From Octopus vulgaris (taxonomy: Eukaryota): a DNA stretch of 64,000 nucleotides. Within the stretch, counting starts at the first letter, position 1. Each line of letters opens with the position of its first letter. The stretch lies in contig OX597815.1 in NCBI GenBank assembly GCA_951406725.2, forward strand, positions 117,862,001 to 117,926,000, in the 5' to 3' direction. Under the pieces are notes generated by a model. The model did not search any database and had not been told where the DNA came from. It saw only the letters and a program-made list of their open reading frames with translations. The translations under genes and the position numbers were made by a program. Positions 1 through 14,586 of this stretch are shown here, in pieces.

Positions 1-333
1 GTTATATTGTCTATTAGTTTGTTTGTCCGCAGACAGGACATCTCGAGAACCACTGGATGGATTTCGATGAGACTTTCAAGGATGTTTAGCCTCGTGACTG
101 GCACGAACTGATTAGATTTTGGGGTCCATTCGGTACCGGACAAGGATTCTGGATTATTTTTCCTGCTTTTTTACTTAACTTTTGAGAACGGTCGGGTTCA
201 TTTTTAGTATTCTCGTTTGTGAGAGCAGTCGAGTTCATTTCAGATATTCTCATTTTAAAAAGCATCTCTGGCTAATCGTTGAGAGGACGTTGGTGCTGCA
301 TTGGCAGAAGTTTGCGCTCTCTAAGTGCTCTTG
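1..333. mobile_element. Probable non-autonomous Helentron-associated/DINE-like interspersed element, truncated by window start
   Basis: Starts with TGTTTGTCCGC...ATCTCGAGAACCACTGGATGGATTTCGATGAGACTT and ends GGCAGAAGTTTGCGCTCTCTAAGTGCTCTTGT. These motifs resemble HINE/DINE-type repeats; recognised from memory only. Confidence 0.45.
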
Positions 334-526
334 TTCGTAATTTTAATTTCATATAACCAATTTCAAGTGTATATCAATTAACGTAATTGTATATTTATAC
401 ATATAACCTTATATGTAACCATTCTCAACCAAAACTATTCGACAAACAGGAACATGAAATTCTGAGTAACAGATTTTGTGATGCCTTTGCACTTTATTAA
501 TAAGTGTATATATATATTATATAATA

Positions 527-566
<40 letters not shown>

Positions 567-569
<3 letters not shown>

Positions 570-810
570 CGTAGGAGTGGCTTTGTGCTAAGTAGCTTCC
601 TTACCAACCACATGGTTCCGTGTTCAGTCCCACTGCGTGGCACCTTGGGCAAGTGTCTTCTACTATAGCCTCGGGCCGACCAAAGCCTTGTGAGTGGATT
701 TGATAGACAGAAACTGAAAGAAGCTCGTCGTATATATGTGTGTCGATTTGCTCGACTAAAGGCGGTGCTTCAGCATGGCCATAGTCAAATGACTGAAACA
801 AGTAAAAGAG
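567..810 (+). mobile_element. tRNA-derived SINE family A (CORE-like), internally deleted copy
   Basis: A-box-like GTGGCTTTGTGCTAAG, B-box-like GTTCAGTCC, CORE-like CACCTTGGGCAAGTGTCTT and 3' end GACTGAAACAAGTAAAAGAG, all shared with more than 10 copies in the window. Confidence 0.85.
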
Positions 811-847
811 AGTATATATATAGAGAGAGATATAGTAAGAGAGAAAG

Positions 848-912
<65 letters not shown>

Positions 913-1763
913 CACTCTACACAATCAATGATGATTTTATGGATACAACAATCCCAGTTGTAGAGATAACCCTTTTTTTCTTCTGCTAATCTGTCATTGC
1001 TGATTTTGTGCTCTCAGGGCAGGGCGTCCGTGAGAAATTTGGGTCAGTGCGAACAAGACTGCTTTTGGGTCCTGAGAAGATGGGAGGACGAATCTTCTCA
1101 AAGTTCAAAAGAACAGTAATTTCTTTATTTTATTTTATTTTTTCCTCTTTACGGGGAAGATCTCAGCAGTCATTGGTCCGACCTTGCTATACGGACTTCT
1201 GATCAATTTTGTGGATGTGTGAGATTGTGAACGCGCACACACAAACACGAGGAAGGGAATGGGAGACAGAGAGAGAGCGGAGGAAGAGAGTGGAGGGAGA
1301 GAACGGAGGGAGAGAGCGGAGGGGAGGAGGGAAGGAGGTAGGCCGGCATAAATCACACATATATACATACAGATTAACCCCATTCACCCACTTCATATAG
1401 GTCCTGCCCCCATATAGCCTTATCCTATGATTAGGATCTAGTGTTTTGAAAACCACCATAGAGACTCAGTACTCTTGTTACGCTTCCCTTCTCTCTAGTC
1501 TGAAATCATCGTTATCCATACAAGAAAGCTAATGAGATCTTGATAAGTTTCTTCCAACCACTTAAAGTATTCCAAAATTTTATCAGATTATTTTATCAAA
1601 TTTTCTACAGTGATGCAACTTCTTTGTTATTAATTTCTAGAAACAAATGAATGTGATTTTCATCAACAGTGTGCAGAACTATATTTAAAAAAAATAATTT
1701 GCTGATAAATAAAAGTACTTCAAGTGGTTGAAAGATAATTAACGAGGTTGAAAGATAATTTAT

Positions 1764-2140
1764 AGGCGCAGGAGAGGCTGTGTGGTAAGTAGCTTGCTTA
1801 CCAACCACATGGTTCCAGGTTCAATTCCACTGCGTGGCACCTTGGGCGTGTGTCTTCTACTATAAACTCGGCCCGACCAAAGCCTTGTGAGTGGATTTGG
1901 TAGACGGAAACTGAAAGAAGCCCGTCGTATATATAGATAGATAGATATATGTGTGTGTGTGTGGGGGTTGTCTGTGTCCACCCCAACATCGCTTGACAAC
2001 CGATGCTGATGTGTTTACGTCCCCGTAACTTAGCAGTTCGGCAAAAAGAGATCGGTAGAATAAGTCCTGGGGTCAACTTCCTCGACTAGAGGCGGTGCTC
2101 CAGCATAGCCGCAGTCAAATGACTGAAACAAGTAAAAGAG
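1764..2140 (+). mobile_element. SINE family A, full length
   Basis: tRNA-like head, CORE-like block, internal (TA)/(TG) linker, right module CCCCAACATCGCTTGACAACCG, family 3' end. Confidence 0.9.
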
Positions 2141-2491
2141 TAAGCTCTTAGCTATGCCATCTTTGTCGCCATTAGCCCCGAGAGTGCAAATCTAAAAATA
2201 ATCAAAAGTTTTTTCAGCCACGACCAACACATCGAAATTTCAAACAAACTGCATCTAGAAACACACCATTCAATGTGTTCTTCCGTTTTTTTTTATTTTT
2301 TATTTTAAGCAGTAGAATGTAAGTAGTTGCTATTTCTAACAGGTAAAAGGATCATGTTTGGCTGAATATTAGACCAACACATTTTGGGCAAGTTTCATCT
2401 AGTTTGCTGTTGAACTTGTTTTGATTAGTATGGAGCTTTTAAGCGGATGAAATGATGGCATTGTAATTCCTAGTAGTAGTAGTAGTAGTAA

Positions 2492-2531
<40 letters not shown>

Positions 2532-2767
2532 TGCTATAGTTGTTGATGCTGAAATGATGAGGTGTCTGTAATCTGGTTAATAATAATGTTATTATAATAT
2601 TGATGGATGATGGTAGAACGATTTTTTTTTACGATCTTTCGCTCCTGTCTCTCTAATTCTCCGTCATATTCGCTCCTTCTCCCTCCCTCCTCCCCCCACT
2701 CTCTCTCTCTCTCCAAATTGTTTCTGTGTATATTTTTCTTTCATTTACGGATATGGACGCATTTTAT

Positions 2768-2888
2768 CTGTGTGTGTGTGTGTGTGTGTGTATGTGTGTG
2801 CGAGTGTGGAGAGAGAGAGAGAGAGAGAGAGACGAAGAGATAGGGATAGGCCCAAATCATACACATATACAGACAGACAGACAGATAA

Positions 2889-2976
<88 letters not shown>
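2768..2976. repeat. Compound microsatellite (TG)n/(GA)n/(GACA)n/(GATA)n
   Basis: Directly visible. Confidence 0.95.
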
Positions 2977-2977
<1 letters not shown>

Positions 2978-4941
2978 AGAAACAGCAAGAAGCAAACAGA
3001 TAAACAAGCAAGCAGAGAGAGTGGGAATGAAAGAAAAATAGGAAACGAGGAAGAAACAAATCGCTGTAAATGAGATTTTGGAAAAAAAGCGAAAACGACA
3101 GAAGAAAAGAAAGAGATGAAGAAAGAGAAATGGTAGAACGAAAACGATGTTATGAGATTATAAGGCATGGCGTTGAGAATTGACGTGAAAGAAGAGGAAA
3201 TGGTTAAAGGAAACATAATAAGAGAGAGTAGGCGGTGGATGATGAAGGGGAGGAGGAGGATGATATGTTATGTGTTTGGATAGAGAGAAAGTATGAGATC
3301 GGAAAGCGGGAAGAGAAAAAGTTAATATTGTGAATGATGCTAGTAGTGTGTATATGTGTGTGTGTGTTAGAAATAGGTTGTCAGGAAGGACTAGCCTAGC
3401 AACCGAAGAGTTTTCGAAATGACACGAGGCCAGAACCAGGAAGCAGATTAGCCATTCTTGTAATGGATTACTAATCGCTACAAACAATTTTAAAATTCGT
3501 TACATGAGATTGGTAAATAATAAAAAAAAAATAATAAAAAAGAAATAATAACTGTGTTTGTTTGCAGAAGAAACAAACCGTTTATTTTATTACCGCTTAA
3601 TAAATATTTCTGTCACTAAACAACAAACTAGATTAAACGTACCAGAAATAGTATTAAAAAATTCCATTCTGTGAGATTGTTTGGATACATTGATTTTGTT
3701 TCTAATAAAGATGATTTCTTAAACATTAATAATTGGTTAAACAATATCATTTAATAACTGAATAATAATTTCCGAGATAGGTGCAAGGACGATGTTTTTG
3801 AAGGGGACTATAGTCGACCCTAATAATAATAGTAGTAGTAGTAGTAGCAGGAGCAGGAGCAGTGGTGGTGGTGTTGGTGGTGGTGGTATATATAGGGGGG
3901 GGGGGGTGACAGTAATTGCCTTATATTTTAGGATAGATAGACAAACAGAGCTAGCTGATTAGTGAAATAGAATCCGATTGTAACGGCCTCCTCCTTCGAA
4001 CCACATTCTTCTGCACTTTTAACAGTGGTACTCATCAAGTTTATTCTACCCAGTCAAGAAATATTTCTCATTCACAAAAATGTGTCCTCATAAAACTTGA
4101 TCGAGGTTGAACCAAAGCGAGGTCTTCTGCCCAGTAACTTCATTGGCAACTAATTTTCCCCTCAAACCATACCAAAACCGTCTTTGGAAGGGGAAAATAG
4201 CAAAAAAAAAATAAATAAAAAAGGAATGGTTACCACAAGAATAGGGTTGATCTGGTGTTAAACAACAGCAAGCTTAAAATCAATGACTTTATCGGTCCCT
4301 CATTAACAGGTAGAACCTTGACATAATTCCACAGAAAAGGAAACGAAAAGAGCTAGAAGGAAAATGTGTTACGGAAGTCCGAAACACATCGGTAAAATTT
4401 CGATATAACCTGGTACCCAGATTAGTAAATCATCTCAAATCAATGACACAAGGAAATGATTACTAATCCATAAATAATCCTTGAAGCTACAGAAAGGAAT
4501 ATAACAACTTGCCTTCCTTTAACCCCCGCCCCACCAAATTAAACGATCCCCACCATCACTGCTACCCAACCAGGATATCATTCTTACTCATTGCTTCTGC
4601 GAAAAACAGCTGATGGTAAAAAAAAAAGAAATTGGCGATGATATTCAGTAACTTGTGACAGTTTCCATTATTTCGGTCTATGTTTAATAACTGGCCCTTT
4701 AGCGTTTAAATTATTCTGTCAAATGTAATGTTTATTTATTGACATTATTTGCATTGTCATGCATTGTCTGGTAGCTTCGAGATTTCAATGATGTTTATTT
4801 TCAAGTGTATTTATTTTTAGGATGACATTGTAGGGTAAATGTGAGAGGCTGAATCTGGTATCTGAAAAAGGGTCAGTTTAAATGCTAAAGTGTTAGTTCG
4901 GAATTTACAGCTACGACAAACTAACCAGCCGAAGAAAGTAA

Positions 4942-5163
4942 TATTCTTTTCTACTCTAGGCACAAGGCCTAACATTTTTGGGGAAGGGGGGGGGGCAGTC
5001 GATTAGATCGACCTCAGTACGCAACTGGAAATTAATTTATCGACCCCGAAAGGATGAACGGCAAAATTGACCTCGGTGGAATTTGAACTCAGAACATAAA
5101 AGTCAGATGAAATACCGCTAAGTATTTCACCTGGCGTGCTAACGTTTCTGCCAACTCGCCGCT
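4942..5163 (-). mobile_element. tRNA-derived SINE family B (Meta-domain-like core)
   Basis: Matches, on the minus strand, the in-window family consensus GGCGAGCTGGCAGAATCGTTAGC...GAGTTCAAATTCCGCCGAGGTCGACTTTGCCTTTCATCCTTTCGGGGTCGATAAATTAAGTACCAG; about 20 copies in the window. Confidence 0.85.
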
Positions 5164-5670
5164 TTGGAGGAAAGGAATATTATAAAATAAATAAAATAAC
5201 AACCATAGCCACTCATAATCTTGAGATCCTTATATTTATCAGCCTCGTAGTATTCTTTATTTATTGCACGATGTGAGACGGCATACTTCTATGTCCAACA
5301 TATGGACTTATTACATAACATATTTTCATAATACGTGTAGTAATACATACAGGCATCACTTTATGAGTTTGCTCGTGCTTAGTTCTGAGTGTTTAGAAGA
5401 ATTAAAAAAGAAATCCTTAACAACGACAGCAGGAATAACAAAATAATTTCCAGCCAGTTTATATAACTGGTATTTGTTTAATTGATCTTGAGGTATTCTG
5501 TTCAATACTTCAGTCTTTCCATAATTGTTTTGATCAAAATACGTAATTGCAGCATTGTCACGACGTGTTTGAGAGTTATGCTTTTGACAACCTTAAAAAT
5601 CATTGACACATTCGAAGACATAAACTATATCTAAATATTTAACGCAATGAAACCATATAATTCTATTATT

Positions 5671-6046
5671 CTTTTACTTGTTTCAGTCGTTTGACTGCGG
5701 CCATGCTGGAACACCGCCTTTAGTCGACCCCAGGACTTTTCTTTGTAAGCCTAGGACTTATTCCATCGGTCTCTTTTACCGAACCGCTAAGTTACGGGGA
5801 CGTAAACACACCAGCATCGGTTGTCAGGCGATGTTGGGGGGGGGGCGTCACAGACACACAAACACATATATATGCATATATACGACGGGCTTCTTTCAGT
5901 TTCCGTCTACTAAATCCACTCAAAAGGCTTTGGTTGGCCCGAGGCTATAGTAGAAGACACTTGCCCGAGGTACCATGCAGTGGGACTGAACCCGGAACCA
6001 TGTGGTTGGTAAGTAAGCTACTTACCACACAGCCACTCCTGCGCCT
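5671..6046 (-). mobile_element. SINE family A, full length
   Basis: Reverse complement of the 1764-2140 copy. Confidence 0.9.
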
Positions 6047-6699
6047 GTGAACATTTATAGATTTATGCATCAAAACAGAAATAAGAACAATTATAAAACG
6101 TGGTATTTCCACAGGGTCCTGCTAATAATAATATTAATCCTTTCTAATATACACACAAGGCCTCAGATTTTTTGGAGGAGAGCTAGTCAATTGCATCGAT
6201 TGGTACTTTATTTTATCGAGCCAGAAAAGTTAGGATTTGAACTTAGAATACAGAGTCGAAATAACTAGCGGCAAGTATTTTTCCAATCTTTCAGCGATTC
6301 TGTCAATCCAGTAACAACTATCTATATAACTGAAATAAGGCACAAGTCCATAACTTTTGAAGTTGGGATCAATACTTAACAGGTTCTTATTATATTCATG
6401 CGGCGTGTAGGATGAAAAAGCTAAATCGACGTCCATGGGATTTGAACGCTGAACGTTCCAATGGTTCGATCAACAGAACCAGTTGGCCATAGTAATGTCG
6501 GGTACCTATTTCAATATTTCACAGACATTACAATACATTTAAAGTAATTTTTGCCTCTTCATTCAGAACCAGTCAGACACTCCCTGAATGATATAGCCGG
6601 GTTCTCGAATTACAGATACAGGAAAGAATAGAAAGGGCAAAGCTGATTTGAACCCTCTCCGGAATAAATTATAGTAAAAGACAAGCGATGATAAAGAAA

Positions 6700-6719
6700 G
6701 CAATGATGATAACATTGAA

Positions 6720-6751
<32 letters not shown>

Positions 6752-7035
6752 GGACGATGATGGTGGTGGTGATGATAACGACGACAACGAAGATGTTGGT
6801 GGTGATGACGAAAACTACGACGATGATGATGGTGATGCTGATGAAGCGATGACAAACGATGTGACGACGACGATGACGGTGATGATGGTAGTGGTGGTGA
6901 TGATGACGTTGATGGCCATAACAACGACAACGATGATGTTGACGACGACGATGATGATGATGACGACGACGATGATGACGACGACGATGATGATGCTGAC
7001 GACGACGATGATGAGGCTGATGACGATGATGATGA
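6700..7035. repeat. Degenerate (GAT/GAC/GGT)n trinucleotide tract
   Basis: Directly visible. Confidence 0.95.
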
Positions 7036-7259
7036 ATCTAGTGATTTAGTTGCAATATAGTGATGAATAGTCAGATATCTATGAGTGAATGTGGAAATTG
7101 GATTATGCTATGTCGAACAACAACAACCTGTTGGAACCGCTTCACTGCTTTGATAATGCCTTTAGGGAAAGACTTCAATGCTATAATTTACCATTCTCTT
7201 CGTTAATGCACACATAAGAAATAACCACGACGATTACGATGATCAGGATCAGAACCATA

Positions 7260-7395
7260 ATCACTGACATTATCATCATTGTCATTATCGTTATCAACAT
7301 CGTTGTTTTCGTCATCATCAATATCGTCGTCCGTCCTGGTCGCCGACATCATTATCATCGACCACGTCGCCATGATGCTGCTGCTGCTGCTGCTG

Positions 7396-7433
<38 letters not shown>

Positions 7434-7608
7434 AACCAGCATCGTCATAGCAAGCCAACACTGACTGACCCTCCCCCATTCGCATCACCATCATCTTCTT
7501 TCCTGCTCTCCTCGCCTCTCTCCGCCACCATCACTATAATCACCACCACCGCCGCCGTCGCCAGCAACCTCACTACTACACCACCTATAAATATGAACAC
7601 CACGAGTA

Positions 7609-7642
<34 letters not shown>

Positions 7643-7682
7643 CCAGCAACAGAATTATTAGTACCGTCATCATCAACATCAT
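7260..7682. repeat. Degenerate (CAT/CAC)n trinucleotide tract
   Basis: Directly visible; complementary in sense to 6700-7035. Confidence 0.9.
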
Positions 7683-8062
7683 TGATAACAACACAAATAA
7701 GATTCATTCATTTAATAATTGATGACGCAAAAAGAGATAGCGCTTTTGGGCATATATACACACGTGTGTGTGCGTGCGCACTGCTTTTTTTGCATGTGTT
7801 TGTACACGTGTGTTTATATGTCTGTGTATGTATTTGTGCGTATGTGCGTGGAATGCATATGAATTCGTGAACGTGTGTGTTTGTGAGAATGTAACTGAAT
7901 GTAAATGTGTGTGTGTGTGTGTGTGTGTACGTCCAACCATCCGTGCCTTTATGTCTCGGAGAATTGATACAAAGCGTTCAGTTCGGCATTGTTCGTCTCA
8001 AAACGTGTCTCCTCTCCTGCCTGGAACCAGGAGCCAAAGAAAGAAACAGTAGCAGAGACAAA

Positions 8063-8200
<138 letters not shown>

Positions 8201-9133
8201 TAGCTATGCGTAAGCAAGCAGCCAAGCCAAGAAGATCCCGCGTATTTTGTGAGTCGGAGAAGGTAATCAGATGCAACAACATTCCATGATGACAAGAGGG
8301 AGTAAGACGCGTAATGGAACTAGCGAGGGAGCGAGCGCTTGTTACCGTTGTAATAGCCAGCCTATTGTTGCTTCAACAGCTGTTATTGAGCGACGACAGT
8401 GCAGTGCAATGGAGATGTAGAAGTAGTCAGATATGAAATTTAGTGTTATGTAGTGTAGTTAAAGGTGTAATAATGTAGCCGAGGTGTAACATCGCGCGGT
8501 GTGGGTTTGTGTAGTCTGACTAAATAACTACATTACATTACAACTACACTGCGCTATGTGGTGATGGTGGTGGCGTTGATATGACGGTTGTGCGGAGATG
8601 ATGGTGGTGGCTGTGCTGGAGGTGGTGATATTGGTGACGGTGGTAGCGGCCGTGGCTGTGTTGGTGCAGTGTGGTATAATGTAGTGCAGTGTAATTTAGT
8701 ATATGTCAAATAGAGTGCAATGTGCAATGTAGTGTTGGATAGAACGGTATGTGATAGAAATGAGCAGTGTCATACAGTTGGAGTGTAATGTAGTAAAGGT
8801 TTTACGTATATGGCGTATATGACGCAGTGTAGAATATGTCGTGCGGAGTAGATAGTGATGTAATGTAATATAATGAAATATAGTGCTATATAATGTAATG
8901 TATGGAAATGTATTGTAATATATTGTAGAGTAGCGTTATGTGGCCTTGTACAATATATTGTAATGACGTGTAATATAATGTGGTTTAGTTTTATGTTGTA
9001 CAGTATAGAGCAGTGGGCCTCATACGGAGTCCCTTGGGCGTCCACACAGGATTTTATGGGTAAAATTTATGTGCAAGAAATTGGTTTATACTTCTACAAT
9101 ATACAAAACATTTTAACAATTTTTTTAATGCAA

Positions 9134-9340
9134 CGGCGAGCTGGCAGAATCGTTTAGCACGTCGGACAAAAATGCTGAGCGGCATTTCGTCCGCATGTAG
9201 GTTTCTGAGTTCAAATTCTGCCGAGGTCGGCTTTGCCTTTCATCCTTTCGGGGTCGACGAAATAAGTACCAGTTGAGCTGTGGGGTCGATGTAATCGACT
9301 TACCCCGTCCCCCGAAATTGCTGGCCTTGTGCCAAAATGT
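9134..9340 (+). mobile_element. SINE family B
   Basis: GGCGAGCTGGCAGAATCG...GCCTTTCATCCTTTCGGGGTCGAC...GGCCTTGTGCCAAAAT. Confidence 0.85.
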
Positions 9341-9469
9341 AAAGCTAAAATTTAACTATAGAAACATAATAGGGTTTGTTAAACATCGAATAGGTATGAG
9401 GATCCACCCGAGAAAAATAGGAACCCAAGGGGTCCATAGGGTTGAGAATCAGTTGTAGAGTATCTTTTG

Positions 9470-9840
9470 TCTCTTATCTTCTACCTGTGGCCATACTGTG
9501 GCACCGCCTTGAAGAATTTATGTCGAGCGAATCGACTCTAGTATTTATTTTCTTTCTAAGCCTGACATTTATTCTGTCGTTCTCTATACCCGAATCGTTA
9601 ATTTACGGGGACGTAAACACGCTAACACCGGTTGTCAAGCAGTAGTGTGGTGAAGAAACACACACAAACACACACATTATATATATGCATATATAATGGG
9701 CTTCTTTCAGTTTCCATCTGCCAAATTCAATCACAAGGACTTCATCGGCCCAGGGCTATAGAAAAAGACACCTGTCCAAGGTGTCACGCAGTGGGACTGA
9801 ACCCGGAACTATGCGGTTGGGAAGCAAATTTCTTACCACA
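9470..9840 (-). mobile_element. SINE family A, diverged
   Basis: Colinear with 5671-6046. Confidence 0.8.
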
Positions 9841-10104
9841 GTGCAGTGAAAATCAGAGCGACTTAGGATAGTGTAGCATAGTGTGACATACTCCATACTA
9901 ATGTAGTGAAAGTTGGTAGGTGAGGAGGTGGCGGTAGCAATAATAGTAGTAGTAGTAAATGTAGTGGTAGTAGTGGCAGTAGTTCTTGACACTTCACTTC
10001 AAACATGTTACTACTTCAATGTTACTATTCTGTAGTTTCACTGTCATGTGTCGTTTCGGAAATCGAACGCATTAAAACTTAACAGCAATACTTTGATGGA
10101 AAGG

Positions 10105-10278
10105 CGTGGTAATGGTGGTGGCGGCGGCGGCGGCGGTGGTGGTGGTGGTGGTGGTAGTAATGGTGGGTGTGGTGGTGGTAGTGGTGATGACAATAGCGAT
10201 GGTGTGATGGTGATAGTGGTGTTGCATGCATCTGGTGGCGGCAAAGACGATGGTGACGATGACGACAACGACGACGAC

Positions 10279-10309
<31 letters not shown>

Positions 10310-10765
10310 GTAGTGACAACGATAATCATGATGACGATGATGAGGGTGATGTCGGTGGTAGTAGTGGTGGTGGTGGTGGTGGTAGTAGTGGTGGTAGTGA
10401 TTGAGAAACCTCTTTCCAACCAAGCTGCTGCAAGGCTAATAATATTTCTGAGGAAGAATGTGTATATATTTATTTTGACGGAAATCGACTCAGTATGTTT
10501 CTTTCCTGGTCCCTATTTTTATCGACACCATTCCTTGCCCACTGCCGACACCACCACCACCATCACCACCACCATCACCACCACCACCACCATCTCTTTC
10601 TCCTCCAATCCAAGCCACACGGATGAAATGTAAAGTAAACACTGTCAGGATTTGAAGTAATGACATCGTGATACCGAACAGTATCATCATCATCATCATC
10701 GCCAGCACCACCACCACCACCTCCACCACCTCCACCATCACCATCATCATCATCATCATCATCAA
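10105..10765. repeat. (GGT/GAT)n tract followed by (CAC/CAT)n tracts
   Basis: Directly visible. Confidence 0.9.
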
Positions 10766-11159
10766 CATATTCATTATTATGAGCCAGCGAAGGAACGTCT
10801 ATGCGGTCGCTCAACTTGCTGGAAATAGCAGCCAAGTCACACACATATCGCACTATATACTTACTGTCTTAAAAGTTGGACAACGTAGTTTAAATTAGAC
10901 GTAGGCCATATCTGAATAAAAGACAGGGTAGTCACATTCAGAACAGCTTTGATCACTGATCGTTGATTTGCTTGATCAAGATTGAGCTAGGGCAAAACGA
11001 CGGCAACAAACCATCAGCGTGGTACTAATTAATTTCTCTAGAGTGATCAAAATTATAGGAATGGCTGCGCGTGTGTTGGCGTTCATGCCGTTCCATTTTC
11101 TTACAAACCTTCATTAGCCGAAGTGGCTGAGAGTTAAAGGGGGGTGGGGTCAGCTATAA

Positions 11160-11190
<31 letters not shown>

Positions 11191-11263
11191 ATAGAACTGG
11201 AAATGGAAGCCGGGTCCCAGAGAATGCATGCTCGCGTTTCAACGCGTTCGCTACTGGGCAAGA

Positions 11264-11298
<35 letters not shown>

Positions 11299-11512
11299 GA
11301 GACAAATAATGGAATGGAAAAGGAAACTGTTGCCCAGAACAGTTTAATTGCGTTCGGTTGCAGCCAGCCCGACCAAGTGTTTGTTACAGAGAAGCAAAAA
11401 CCATCAAAGCACCATCTTTGGCTTCCAAGTTCACCAATATTTTTTTTTCCTTCCTTCTTCAACAACTTAAAGATTTCAGTTCCATATTGATTTTCTTCTC
11501 ATTATATATATA

Positions 11513-11552
<40 letters not shown>

Positions 11553-12012
11553 ATAACATATTTCAAACAATTTCTCGCCCTCATTTCTCACCCTAAGGAA
11601 AACCATGTATGTATGTATGTATGTATGTATGTATGTATGTATGTATGTATGTATGTATGTATGTATGTATGTGTGTGTGGGGGGTGTAACATACCGCAAC
11701 TTACGTTGGTGATTTTGTTCCAAGACATGCGACTTAAACTCGAAAAACGACGATAAACGAAAATACATTTAATAGAAAATGAAAATGTATTAGCTTATAT
11801 CTGTTTTAACAAATAGTTTGTACATATTTTGAAATGTATTTTATTTCATTTTCCGCTTCAGTATTGTCATTTATGTGGATGTAGGGGTTCTAAAGACGGA
11901 CGTAAAGTTGGATAAATCGACTAAACTTGAGGTTTACTTTTTCCATTAATCTCTTGAAAATTCAACGTGAAGTTGAATAAGACGTAACTCGAAACGACAT
12001 AAGCTAAGATAT

Positions 12013-12175
12013 ACCTATTTCTTTATTACCCACAAGGGGCTAAACACAGAGGGGACAAACAAGGACAGACATAGGTATTAAGTCGATTACATCGACCCCA
12101 GTGCGTAACTGGTACTTAATTTATCGACCCCGGAAGGATGAAAGGCAAAGTCGACCTCGGCGGAATTTGAACTCA
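12013..12175 (-). mobile_element. SINE family B variant with alternative 3' tail, 5' truncated
   Basis: Family B core joined to a tail seen on + as CCTATTTCTTTATTACCCACAAGGGGCTAAACACAG; the same tail recurs at about 48580. Confidence 0.8.
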
Positions 12176-12178
12176 CAT

Positions 12179-12232
<54 letters not shown>

Positions 12233-12517
12233 CACACACACACATATATATATATATATACATATATATATACACACACATACACATATGAGAGAGAAGA
12301 TGGAGATAAGATTAATAAAAGTTTATTAACATTAACAAGACCAGAAACTTTTTGTTTTGTATAATATCAATAATACTATATATGTATGTGTCTGCTTTGT
12401 TAAGCATCCAAGCAGTCTAATCTTGGATATTTTTTTATCCCAGGTTTATATATCCTCACTTGTACGTTGATCTATTTATGTGTCTGTCTGTCTGTGTGCT
12501 TGTCTGTCTGTCTCTCC

Positions 12518-12617
<100 letters not shown>

Positions 12618-12745
12618 AGTCCCGGGTTGAGTCGGGGTTAACCACAGTAAATAAGGTACTCAATACATTGCAGAGTAAAGTAATTTATTTTATAGAAGGA
12701 GCTTCTACAGGACTAGAACTTTCATTCAGATGAAATCTTCATATA

Positions 12746-12820
<75 letters not shown>

Positions 12821-13313
12821 GTATATATACCATTTCTTGAAAGCACTAATTTGCCGTTTTCTTTTTCCGTTACTTTTATTTTTATTTTTATTTATTTTAC
12901 ACGCAAATAATTATTCTGTCATACGCTTGCTCATCGTCTTCCATTCTTCCATTCTTCCATCTTCCTACTTGTTCCTCTGTCTTTTTCTCTCACTCTACAC
13001 GGAAATCTGTACGTACACAAAGCGCATGTGAAACACACACACACACATACACACACTTATATGTGTGTATGCGTTTCTATAAATATCTAATTTGATATAC
13101 AACACAATTTATGTACGCCTGTATGAATGATGTTTGTGTGAGCGCGTGTGTGAAATTTTTCTTATTCCTTCAAATTTGCTTAGAGACGCTCTCGTTTAAT
13201 ATATATATTCAAATATATTGCATACCATCTTGCACAAAGGTGTTTATATGAAACGTGTGTGTTTGTATAGAGAAATTGAAAAAGACAACAAACACAAAAC
13301 AAACAGGTAGTTT

Positions 13314-13952
<639 letters not shown>

Positions 13953-14255
13953 CTACTCTAATCTAAATACGCATGTTACAAACAGTTGCTCTCTTATTTT
14001 ATTCATGTTTCAATTTATAATTTACTTTTTTAACTGTGACATTTCAAATATACTATTGATAATAAAGACGTTGTATGCACTTCCTGCTTCAGACAGGAAT
14101 CCGTAGAGGTGGACAGACAGATAAACTGGTAATCCTTAGACGGTGTAATAAATAATATAAGCTTAAAGTAAAGCACCTTTAGAGATATTTTCGAAAGTAC
14201 TAATATGTAAAAGCGATAACGTATAGTTTTGTATTATAATCAGCGCTATTCATTA

Positions 14256-14288
<33 letters not shown>

Positions 14289-14372
14289 TAGTTGATACTG
14301 TGTCTGCATGAAGAGTTGAGCTGAGAGAAAGAAAGAAGGAGAAATTCAGTATGTGTATATTTGTGTAGTTGG

Positions 14373-14434
<62 letters not shown>

Positions 14435-14538
14435 TCGTGTGTATTTGACTGTGTGCGTGTGTTGCATGAAATTGTGTATATGAGCGTGTAGTTGCATGAA
14501 GTTGCATGAAATTGTGTATATGAGCGTGTAATTCATAA

Positions 14539-14586
<48 letters not shown>

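Noticed and set aside
601-924. Recurrent peptide SVSVYQIHSQGFGRP...CPRCHAVGLN in many ORFs
   Set aside because: It is the antisense translation of SINE family A, not a protein family.
6563-7694. His-, Met-, Asp- and Gly-rich ORFs (also 10044-10898)
   Set aside because: They derive from trinucleotide tracts, with no supporting splice or domain context.
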